From: a virus | Virus record (IMG/VR): IMGVR_UViG_3300009034_000017 | Span: 1 to 64,000 of that record | Length of the DNA stretch: 64,000 nt | Reading direction: 5' to 3' (one strand) | Part shown: positions 8,017 to 16,778 of the stretch, in pieces | Layout of the letters: each line of letters opens with the position of its first letter | Numbering within the stretch: position 1 is the stretch's first letter | Position numbers and translations under genes: made by a program | Notes under the pieces: model-generated | The model's input: the letters and a program-made list of their open reading frames with translations, nothing else | Told to the model about the DNA's origin: nothing | Database searches by the model: none

Positions 8017-9962
8017 TGGGCTTGTGGGGCGACGGCAAGAAATGGGGAGACGGCACGAGGTGGGGCGAACTCCACGAGTGGGGAGCTGGCGACAAGTGGG
8101 GTGATGGGACGCTGTGGGGCGAGAGGCCCTTTAAGTACCCGCGCGGGAATCACATCAGTTTAGAGATCAGGACGGCCAGCGGTTCGGATTACACGGACAA
8201 GGCCATTGATACCTCTTGGCGCATTGAGAGCGTCTTGTCTCAGCGTGCCAGCCGATGCTATTTCACATTCAGGGATACCAGCGCATCAGACATTGACGAA
8301 CACGATGAGGTAATCGTCCTTGACCAATCACAGACACGGCTCTTTGCAGGGTTCGTGGAGTCTTTTGACGCGCGGCCTGACGGCGTGGAGATTGAGTACG
8401 ATGTGACCTGCGTGGATTACTCGTGGCTGCTTGATCATCCCACTTCCAAAATCACCAAGATATATGAAGGCGGCACGGCGGACTCAGCCATCATCGCTGA
8501 TTTTGCCGATTATCTCATTAATGATGCTACAGGACTCAGCGAGATAGACTTTGCGACCAATGTTGATACAATTGAATCCTCCTTGGAGCGAGAATACTAC
8601 GAAAACATGACCCCGCGCCAGATATTGGAACTGCTCTGCAAGCGCACAGGGGGCCAGTGGTACGTTGACTATGGGGGCGCGGGGAGTTATAAGGCAGCTC
8701 TCCATTATTATGCGCCGGGGAGTGCCGATGCGCCATTCTCTCTGGTCGACGGCATCAATCTCACCCCGTCAACCGCATTTCCTTATGGCAACTTGCGGAA
8801 GATGCGGAAGCATGGCACTTGTACCAAGGTGGTTGTGGAAGGGCGGCCAACGCTAGTAGAAGTCTCTTTGCAGGGGCGGTGTACAGGCGAGGCAGACAGC
8901 ACAAAGAAACGCTTTGATTTGCCCTATAGGATAATCGCGTTAGAGGACGAGGTTCGCCCCTTGGTCTATGTGACAGACGGCGCGGATGGTTATGATTGGC
9001 AAAAAGTGGGTTGGGGTGGGACACAGGATAGCTTGGGCGATCCAAATGAAATCGGCCTGTATGATGTACTATATTATTTTGAAGACAAGTATCTGGAGTT
9101 CTATACAGCACCGCCTACTTATAGCGGTGTTGCCTTCAAGTACAGCGCAGTTGAGATACGCCCGACCGAGGGGGAAGCCGAAGACGCTACAGGGGAAACT
9201 AAGTATGGCCGGCATCTTGAAATCAGGGTTATAGATGATACTGTACACGATAGTGCTACTGCGGATTTAGTGGCTGCCGAACTCTTAGCTAGGTGGAAGG
9301 GTGAGCAGGACACTTACACCTGCGTCTGTTGGGAGCATGGCTTGAGGGCGGGGCAAGTCATTGAGTTGACCAATGCGGATTTGAGTCTAAGTGCTGAGGA
9401 ACTGGTCATCCAACGGGTAGTTAGCCGTGGCATTGGCGGCGATCTCTGGGAACACGACTTAGAATTGGGCAAATACAATCCTGACATTGTAGATGTCGTG
9501 GAGGATATAGTCAGGCACAAATCTGGCGAGGAGGAGTTGGGACTAAACGAATCGAGCAAGCCGCCCATCATCGGGCAGATTATGTTCGCTGTGCCAGGAA
9601 CATTGAGCGTGGATACCGATCCGGCTCCTTGGTATATTTGTGCTGTCAATGCACTACAGATACTGAGCACACAACTGGTGGTTAAGACCGCGCCCGTGGG
9701 GGCCAATATCAATATCAAGGCATATAGGCAGTTTAATGACTCGGCTCACGCAAAGTATGGAACAGGCTGGTGGTCAATCTATTCGGCGGGCAATGAACCC
9801 TATATTGAGGATGGCGAAACGATTGGGGTAGACGGGACGCTATCTACTCTAGCCGGTGAGCCGTGGCTTCAGGAGGGCGACTTTATTAAGATCGCCGTTG
9901 ACCAAGTGGGCTCTACCACGGCGGGGGCTGATTTGACGGTGAGCTTGAAGGTACGGCAATAA
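8016..9962 (+). CDS. tail hub/minor tail protein
   Basis: Follows the tape measure; RLFAGFVES, VTCVDYSWLLD, WYVD, GLRAGQVI; C-terminal VKTAP.GA...VDQVGST.AGADLTV module. Confidence 0.75.
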   Translation: MGLWGDGKKWGDGTRWGELHEWGAGDKWGDGTLWGERPFKYPRGNHISLEIRTASGSDYTDKAIDTSWRIESVLSQRASRCYFTFRDTSASDIDEHDEVIVLDQSQTRLFAGFVESFDARPDGVEIEYDVTCVDYSWLLDHPTSKITKIYEGGTADSAIIADFADYLINDATGLSEIDFATNVDTIESSLEREYYENMTPRQILELLCKRTGGQWYVDYGGAGSYKAALHYYAPGSADAPFSLVDGINLTPSTAFPYGNLRKMRKHGTCTKVVVEGRPTLVEVSLQGRCTGEADSTKKRFDLPYRIIALEDEVRPLVYVTDGADGYDWQKVGWGGTQDSLGDPNEIGLYDVLYYFEDKYLEFYTAPPTYSGVAFKYSAVEIRPTEGEAEDATGETKYGRHLEIRVIDDTVHDSATADLVAAELLARWKGEQDTYTCVCWEHGLRAGQVIELTNADLSLSAEELVIQRVVSRGIGGDLWEHDLELGKYNPDIVDVVEDIVRHKSGEEELGLNESSKPPIIGQIMFAVPGTLSVDTDPAPWYICAVNALQILSTQLVVKTAPVGANINIKAYRQFNDSAHAKYGTGWWSIYSAGNEPYIEDGETIGVDGTLSTLAGEPWLQEGDFIKIAVDQVGSTTAGADLTVSLKVRQ

Positions 9963-10984
9963 TGGCAGATTGGACTATTGAAACTGTAGATAGCACAGGG
10001 GATGTCGGCCAATATTGCTCCTTGGCCTTGGATGGGAGCGGATATTCCCATATCAGCTACTTTGATCTTAGCAATTACGATCTGAAGTACGCTTACTGGG
10101 ATGGTTCAAGTTGGAATGTTGAGACTGTACTTAGCACAGGATATGTTGGTTACTTTTCATCTTTAGCCTTGGACGGAAGCGGATACCCCCATATTGCCCA
10201 TTACGAGGGCTGGCCCAACTACAATCTGAAGTACGCCTATAAAGATATTTCGGGCTGGAATTTTGAGGCCGTGGACAGCGGGGGGGATGTTGGTGAGTTT
10301 GCCTCGCTGGTCTTAGATGAGGACGGCTACTCTCACATCAGCTATTGGGATGATACTAACAACGACTTGAAATACGCCTATAGGGATGGCGGCTGGAATG
10401 TTGAAACCGTGGACAGCGATGACGATGTTGGTCGCTATACTGCCATTGCCGTGGATGCGTCTGAATATCCTCACATCAGCTATTATGATGATACCAACAA
10501 TGATTTAAAGTATGTCTACAAGGATGGCGATGGTTGGCATATTGAGACCGTGGATAGCGGAGGGATTGTCGGCTCTTTATCCTCTATTGCCTTGGATAGC
10601 AGTGGGTATCCCCACATCAGCTATTGGGATAGCACCAATGAGAATATAAAATACGCTTATAAGGATGGCGATGGCTGGACTATTGAGGCTGTAGATAGTG
10701 AAGTTTATGGCTGGAACCCTTCTATTACTTTAGACGGAGACGGGTATCCCCACATCAGCTACTATGATAATGATAATGACACCTTAAGGTATACCTACAA
10801 AGACGGTTCTGGCTGGCACGCCGAAACCGTAGATGATGCGGCGGATGTCGGCTATTATTCATCCTTGGCTTTAGATGGAGATGGGTATCCCCGTATTGGC
10901 TACTACGATTTTGATAATGGGGATCTCAAGCACGCTTATGTGGCAGTAGTAGCTGTCGCACGGACTTATTTCTTCTTAGCATAG
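9962..10984 (+). CDS. seven-repeat beta-propeller tail-associated protein
   Basis: Seven ~46-aa repeats W..E[TA]VDS.GDVG.Y.SLALD..GYPHISY.D..N.DLKYAY. Confidence 0.8.
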   Translation: MADWTIETVDSTGDVGQYCSLALDGSGYSHISYFDLSNYDLKYAYWDGSSWNVETVLSTGYVGYFSSLALDGSGYPHIAHYEGWPNYNLKYAYKDISGWNFEAVDSGGDVGEFASLVLDEDGYSHISYWDDTNNDLKYAYRDGGWNVETVDSDDDVGRYTAIAVDASEYPHISYYDDTNNDLKYVYKDGDGWHIETVDSGGIVGSLSSIALDSSGYPHISYWDSTNENIKYAYKDGDGWTIEAVDSEVYGWNPSITLDGDGYPHISYYDNDNDTLRYTYKDGSGWHAETVDDAADVGYYSSLALDGDGYPRIGYYDFDNGDLKHAYVAVVAVARTYFFLA

Positions 10985-10993
10985 GAGGCTAAA

Positions 10994-13846
10994 ATGGCAG
11001 CAAGTTTTCCAGCAACATTATGGACATGGACAGATCAGGTTGACAGCACATCCACGATGGACGCGGCGGATGTCAACGCGCCCTCCGCCGAGATAATAGC
11101 TATGGAGACACACTTCGGCGCAGGTAGCATCGTCGCTGGGCAGATTATCTTGAATTCCGCCGCGGGCGTTGACCCTTGGGTTTCCCTGCAAATCAACAGT
11201 GTGGAGAAGTTCCGCCTCGGGGTTGATGACAGCGACAGCGATAAGCTTAAAATCCATACTGGGGCCTTGGCTGACCCATCATTATGGGAGATGAGTTCAA
11301 CAGGACACATTGAGTTGACCAATGTGGCAGAGACAGCATCTGACCCAGGGCGGCATCTTTACCTACAGCGAACTCACACTGGCGCAGTGGGTTCGGGCAA
11401 GGGTCTGACGGGCGTAGAGGTACGGTCTACCTTTAACGGTAGCGCTGATGCTTTGACCGCAGAAGTTAAGGGTGGCGAGTTCAAGGCCCGGCATACAACT
11501 GGCAACACCTACGATGTGGGAACGTTCAAGGGTGTCATTGGTAATGTGGACGTAAAAAACGGCACTGTTACCACGGGCTGGGCAGTGGAAGGAGCAATTG
11601 ACGTTAGCGCTGGCGGGACATTCACTACAGCAGCTTGTTTCCACGGCAACCTGAACAACAGCGGCACGGTGACCAGTAGCTACGGCGTCTATGTGCATGG
11701 ACTGAGTGGCTATACTCTGACACGCGGCCTATATGTTGATTACGCCACCACGGGCATCTATCTGGATAATTGCACCACCGACATTAGGCTTCAGGACGGC
11801 GCTACGATTGTGAACACTACCACTAACGGGGGCACTTTGACTGTCACCGAGGACAATATAGTACTCGTCGGGGGCGGCTGGGGAAAGATTGCCTTTGGTG
11901 GGTATACCGATTGGGGAACTGGGGCTACTGGCACAGATATTGACGGAACTGGTTACGATTGGGTCACTTCCACGGTCGGACACGTAGATTCCGGCGCACT
12001 TGCTGCAGCTTGTGCCGCCTCATACGATGCTTTGACTATAGTTGCCACGAGTCACTCAACAGCCAGCTCTTTCTTCGGAGTATGGTCTGAGCTGTATATT
12101 AAGAACTCTGTTGACCTAACTAATGCGGCCAATGTCGCTTCGGTGTGGGGTCATGTTGAGGCTGGCACCGGGGTAACGCTTTCAGACTCAGGAGACTTCA
12201 CATGCGGGGTCTATGCCGATATAGTGGCTGGCTCCACACTTACGATTGCTTCTGGGCACTCGTGTAATGGTTTTCGGGCCCAGGCGGAAATTTCGGCAGT
12301 TACCAATAACGGTACACTGGCAGCATTTGAGTGTCTTAAGAATGGTGGAGTAGATTGGGAATACGGTTTGTATATTGCGAATGCCGCCACCGGTATCAAC
12401 ATCACGGCTTGTACGACGGCTGCTATCAACATAGAAACTGCTCAAGTAACCGGTATCAATATTGCTGGGGCGATGACTACCGCAGGCATCAATATAGTTG
12501 GCGGAATTGCTGCTGGCCATGCGATCTTGGTTGGCAGTTCCACTACAGGAATTCAAGTAGACGGCACACCTGATTATGCTGTCGAGGTATATGCAGATGT
12601 TCCGACGGGGGCCCAGAGTCTCGCAAATGTGGGGTCCTTCAACAGCCAGACGACCATCGCCGCCGCCTCGGTTATTACTTCGACCAGCTATATTACCGCT
12701 TCGTACAATCGGATGGAAATTGAAGGTGGCAATACTGACTTAGGCACTCCTTGGGTAACAGCGATACTTGGTTACTTCAAGAATCCTAGCGGCACCTGTG
12801 ATGCTACCTCGGCGACGTGCTCTGCCATCAACGGCTTGGTCAATGTGGGCGCGGATTATACCGATGGTGCTGCATCATGGACTTCTGCCTATGTCGCGGC
12901 CAGTTACAGCAATGCCAGCGCTACTATCCCTAGGTATCCTGCCTACCTCGTCGTAGACCTTGGGCTGAAGGAATTCACTCATGGCTTCTATTGTGCTAAT
13001 GACGCTGCGGCCATTGGGCTTTACGTCGGGACTTGTACAACTGCTATATCATTAGGTGGCACAATAACGACTGGCATTGATTTCGCGAGTACAATCACGG
13101 AGGGTATTGACTTTGGTAGCGCCACTCTCACCTCGGATGCCTCTAGGGAGAATTCCTTTATCAAGTGTGGCACTTATACGACGCAGAAGGAAATGACCCC
13201 GACCGATCAGGCCTATCTCTTCCAGATGAATGTTCAGATTATGGCTGATCTTACTAGCGATAAGAGAGTAATTGGGCATTATAACAAGCTGGAAACTGGC
13301 GCTGCGTTGACAGCCACAAGGCTGAAGGTCAATGAGAACTACTGTGTGGTTGGCCATGCGGTTAAGGATGCCCATGTTGTTTACGGTGAGCTTTACTATG
13401 CTTCAGGCTACACAGAGGGAGGGGTGAGCAACGAGGGCTTCGGCGGTGCGTTCACAGTAGATACCAACGGCGGCTCAACCCCGACAGGGTTGCTTTACGG
13501 GATCAAGGCAAGGATCAAAGGCACCAACCTTAATACCGGTGGCTTTGCCCATTGTGCTGCCTTCTTCGTGACTGAAAATAGCACATTCACTAACACGAGG
13601 TTTACGAATCTTAGTGGCGCGACGATCACGAACATGATTGATTCAAATCAGGCTGGAACGTGTACCAACTTCATCGCGCTGACCGGCGCCTTCACCAACC
13701 TGTGGAACTTTGATGCTGCATCTGGGTTCATTACCTCTGGTGGGACCGACTGTACTGCTTCGGGTGCAACCGATCCCAGTTATACGGCCAAAGTTATCAC
13801 GCCAGATGGCAATGCCGGGTATATCCGTATCTGGGCTGCTGCATAG
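10994..13846 (+). CDS. tail fibre/spike protein
   Basis: 950 aa G/T/A/S-rich; ASFP...D...DAADVN...EI.A.E anchor; beta-helix-like TGINI repeats; GYIRIW tip. Confidence 0.75.
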   Translation: MAASFPATLWTWTDQVDSTSTMDAADVNAPSAEIIAMETHFGAGSIVAGQIILNSAAGVDPWVSLQINSVEKFRLGVDDSDSDKLKIHTGALADPSLWEMSSTGHIELTNVAETASDPGRHLYLQRTHTGAVGSGKGLTGVEVRSTFNGSADALTAEVKGGEFKARHTTGNTYDVGTFKGVIGNVDVKNGTVTTGWAVEGAIDVSAGGTFTTAACFHGNLNNSGTVTSSYGVYVHGLSGYTLTRGLYVDYATTGIYLDNCTTDIRLQDGATIVNTTTNGGTLTVTEDNIVLVGGGWGKIAFGGYTDWGTGATGTDIDGTGYDWVTSTVGHVDSGALAAACAASYDALTIVATSHSTASSFFGVWSELYIKNSVDLTNAANVASVWGHVEAGTGVTLSDSGDFTCGVYADIVAGSTLTIASGHSCNGFRAQAEISAVTNNGTLAAFECLKNGGVDWEYGLYIANAATGINITACTTAAINIETAQVTGINIAGAMTTAGINIVGGIAAGHAILVGSSTTGIQVDGTPDYAVEVYADVPTGAQSLANVGSFNSQTTIAAASVITSTSYITASYNRMEIEGGNTDLGTPWVTAILGYFKNPSGTCDATSATCSAINGLVNVGADYTDGAASWTSAYVAASYSNASATIPRYPAYLVVDLGLKEFTHGFYCANDAAAIGLYVGTCTTAISLGGTITTGIDFASTITEGIDFGSATLTSDASRENSFIKCGTYTTQKEMTPTDQAYLFQMNVQIMADLTSDKRVIGHYNKLETGAALTATRLKVNENYCVVGHAVKDAHVVYGELYYASGYTEGGVSNEGFGGAFTVDTNGGSTPTGLLYGIKARIKGTNLNTGGFAHCAAFFVTENSTFTNTRFTNLSGATITNMIDSNQAGTCTNFIALTGAFTNLWNFDAASGFITSGGTDCTASGATDPSYTAKVITPDGNAGYIRIWAAA

Positions 13847-13861
13847 CGAAGGAACTGAAAA

Positions 13862-14209
13862 ATGACAACAGAAAACCAAGATTTTACCATGTGGTCGGGT
13901 GATAGCAAGGTGCTTGAAGTCACCCTCACGGACGTTGATGATGATGCCGTAAACCTCACTGGGGCGAGTATCAGCTACATACTCCAGAAAAGCTCGCAGG
14001 GAGGAGAGGCGATTATATCTAAGTCTGTGGACGATGGCATCTCAATCACCAGCCCAGCGACAGGGGGCCTATTCGAGATCACGATAGACGCGACAGATAC
14101 CGATGACTTAGCAGGCGAGTATTACCACGAGTGCCAGGTGACAGATAGCAGTAGCAACGTCAGCACTGTCTTCGTTGGCACCGTGACCATAAAAGTTGAC
14201 ATGATATGA
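13862..14209 (+). CDS. BppU N-terminal-like baseplate adaptor
   Basis: GDS..L.VT..D....VNLTGA...G...ITI...DT..LAG.YY.E.QVTD pattern. Confidence 0.7.
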   Translation: MTTENQDFTMWSGDSKVLEVTLTDVDDDAVNLTGASISYILQKSSQGGEAIISKSVDDGISITSPATGGLFEITIDATDTDDLAGEYYHECQVTDSSSNVSTVFVGTVTIKVDMI

Positions 14210-14640
14210 GTTGCGTATCGCTAACCGGCACGTTTGTGACTTCCGTGCCACTGGTCGGTACATTTATTATCTCTGTGCCGCTGGCTGGCACGTTTGTCAC
14301 TCCCGTCTCATCAACTGGCACATTTATCGCCCCTGTGTCATTGACCGGTGCGTTTATTACCCCTGTGTCATTGACTGGCACATCCATCATTCCCATATCA
14401 TTGACCAGCACGGTTATCATTCCCGTGTCATTGACTGGCACATCTATTATCCCTATATCACTAACTGGCACGGCTATCACTCCTGTGTCGTTAACTGGTA
14501 CGTCTATCATTCCCGTATCACTGACTAGCACATCTATACTTTCTGTTTCCCTCAGCGGCGACGTGTGCATATTCCGCGAGGCGGGCAAGCTTGACTTTTC
14601 AGACAAATATCAATCGGGCTGGCTGTGGTACATCGCATAA
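14206..14640 (+). CDS. decapeptide-repeat protein
   Basis: ATGA overlap with the previous gene; VSLTGT(S/F)I(I/T)P repeats. Confidence 0.7.
   Translation: MSCVSLTGTFVTSVPLVGTFIISVPLAGTFVTPVSSTGTFIAPVSLTGAFITPVSLTGTSIIPISLTSTVIIPVSLTGTSIIPISLTGTAITPVSLTGTSIIPVSLTSTSILSVSLSGDVCIFREAGKLDFSDKYQSGWLWYIA
14215..14559 (+). repeat. 30-bp tandem repeat, ~11.5 degenerate copies, coding
   Basis: Consensus about GTGTCATTGACTGGCACATYTATYAYYCCY, adjacent units without spacers. Confidence 0.9.
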
Positions 14641-14652
14641 TGGAGGTTTAAT

Positions 14653-16752
14653 ATGGCAAACTTAAAAGTCCTAGATGGGGATGCGGCTGCTAAGTATTTA
14701 AGTACGGATGGTGCTGGGACAGATGCTGACCCGCACGTTTCCCACCATGTTCTTGATGCAAACACGGACGGGGTGTATATCGGTGACATCAAGTTTGGGG
14801 AGGGCCTGCCTGCCAATTCTGGTGTTGATATTGGTGATGTGACTATCAATAATGTTGCCGGATCGGGAGTGTATGTTCAGCCAGGAACTTCTGCCACTTG
14901 GGATGTTTCAGACAGAGCAGCTAGATTAGTTGGGCAAGTCTATGGTTCACAAAGTGCAGTTTTACAACAGAAAGTCACGACCAATGATTTAATTGTTACT
15001 TTGGATGGGGAAACCGTATCCGTAACCGAAAGCAGCCCAATATCAGGATTTGCAACTTCAGCCAAACAGTTGGCAGATGGACATAACGTCACTGTAGACA
15101 ACGCTGCTGGGGCCGCGGCGGTTAATATCCAAGATGGCGGAAATACAATTACGGTTGACGGAACTGTTGCTGCCACGCAATCTGGCACTTGGAATGTCGG
15201 AACTGTCACTACCGTGACTGGTGTGACCACTGTTTCAACATTGACCACAATTACCAATCCCGTCGGCATTAAAAACGCTGCCGCGGATACGGTAACAGGC
15301 ATCTCAGGAACTTATGATACCATTGATGTGTCATTGACTAATGGGACTTACAGGGCGATTATAGATTCAAGTGGATACTTGACTACTAATATCAACGGCA
15401 CTATCACAGTTGATGGCTCTGTAACCGCAGACACAGAATTGCCTGCTGCCGCAGCGTTAAGCGATGCTCTTGCCAATCCGACCACTTCCATGATCGGCGC
15501 GGCTTTGCTGGGCTACGATAACACAAATAGCCAATGGGAAAGATTGCGCACCAATGATTCGGGAGTCTTAAGGATTGTCGGCAATGGCACTGCTGGTTCC
15601 GCCGATGCCGCCGTGGTTACTGTCCAAGGCGTTGCTTCGGCTACGCCAGTTATAGTTACAGGCGATTCGGCGGGCTCGCTTACCGTTGACCAAGCCACGG
15701 CTGCTAATTTGAAGGCCACCATATATGGGGCTGGATCAGCGGGCAGCGCTGACGCTGGGGTTATGACAATTCAAGGCATCGCTTCAATGACTCCTATTCT
15801 TGCCACTCTACAAGCCAGCGATGGTACGGACATCGGAAACGTGGATGTGGCTTCCGTGATTCCGGGGACTGGGGCTACCAATCTCGGCAAGGCAGAGGAT
15901 GCCCAGCACGCCTCGGGTGATGTGGGGGTAATGATGCTGGCAGTCAGGAATGATACTCTCGCCACCTTGGTCGCGACCGACGGCGATTATGCACCCTTAC
16001 AGGTCGACGCTTCGGGGGCCTTGTATGTCAATCTTTCCGGTGAAGGAATTGACATGGACATTGAGGGTGTGGCTGCTGAAGATGCGAATGCTGCTGGGAA
16101 TCCAGTATTGATCGGCGGCAGATATGATGCTACCCCCAGGACATTGGATGATACTGATGTGGGGGCCATTGCCCTAGATGCTGATGGCGCGGTTCATATT
16201 TCCGATGGGGGGAACACGATAACGGTAGATGGGACGGTGACAGCAACCCCGTCAGGGATTCAGGAAATTGAGGGCGATGAGGCCGAGGGTTCTGGCAACC
16301 TTCCCCAGCCAGTACTGATCGGCGGGGACGACGGCACAGACATCAAAAACATCAGCGTTGACGCAACCACTGGTGACGTTCAGGTTGATGTGACCAACCA
16401 AGTGGATGTAGGAGGGGCTACTCCAGTCGTTACCCCCGTCACAGGCAATGCTAGTCCTTTCAGTACCAGCTATGCGCCTTCCGCCGATTTCTGGCTGGAA
16501 TCAATCACCTTGCACCTGTCAGCGGCAGGCACGACCAGTGAGGCTTTCACTGTTACTTTGAATGCTACTGATGGGGGTGTCTATGACACGGTGTTATTCA
16601 GTCAGGATTTAAGCAAGGGAGCTGTCACCGATCTCGTATGGGTGCCCGAGGGCGGGCCGATGCTATTTGAGAACGGCGATGCGATTGACGTGGCTTGGAA
16701 CAACGCCGAGGGTCGCACCTATGGGCTACGGGCGGTGACGCGGCTGGCATAG
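14653..16752 (+). CDS. tail fibre-like structural protein with internal repeats
   Basis: 699 aa; duplicated I.DGGNTITVDGTV, AGSADA.V.T.QG.AS.TP and AED...GD/NP..L...D...L..DA.GA segments. Confidence 0.7.
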   Translation: MANLKVLDGDAAAKYLSTDGAGTDADPHVSHHVLDANTDGVYIGDIKFGEGLPANSGVDIGDVTINNVAGSGVYVQPGTSATWDVSDRAARLVGQVYGSQSAVLQQKVTTNDLIVTLDGETVSVTESSPISGFATSAKQLADGHNVTVDNAAGAAAVNIQDGGNTITVDGTVAATQSGTWNVGTVTTVTGVTTVSTLTTITNPVGIKNAAADTVTGISGTYDTIDVSLTNGTYRAIIDSSGYLTTNINGTITVDGSVTADTELPAAAALSDALANPTTSMIGAALLGYDNTNSQWERLRTNDSGVLRIVGNGTAGSADAAVVTVQGVASATPVIVTGDSAGSLTVDQATAANLKATIYGAGSAGSADAGVMTIQGIASMTPILATLQASDGTDIGNVDVASVIPGTGATNLGKAEDAQHASGDVGVMMLAVRNDTLATLVATDGDYAPLQVDASGALYVNLSGEGIDMDIEGVAAEDANAAGNPVLIGGRYDATPRTLDDTDVGAIALDADGAVHISDGGNTITVDGTVTATPSGIQEIEGDEAEGSGNLPQPVLIGGDDGTDIKNISVDATTGDVQVDVTNQVDVGGATPVVTPVTGNASPFSTSYAPSADFWLESITLHLSAAGTTSEAFTVTLNATDGGVYDTVLFSQDLSKGAVTDLVWVPEGGPMLFENGDAIDVAWNNAEGRTYGLRAVTRLA

Positions 16753-16778
16753 CGGAGGATTAACATAAGGAGGTTGAC

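Noticed and set aside
14215-14559. 30-bp repeats as a CRISPR array
   Set aside because: Units are contiguous without unique spacers, vary in a codon-like way inside an ORF, and no cas genes are present
14160-14606. Antisense and alternative-frame ORFs over the repeat, and most + strand ORFs in 19.3-63 kb
   Set aside because: Shadow ORFs of real genes: no RBS, wrong operon direction, no recognisable motifs
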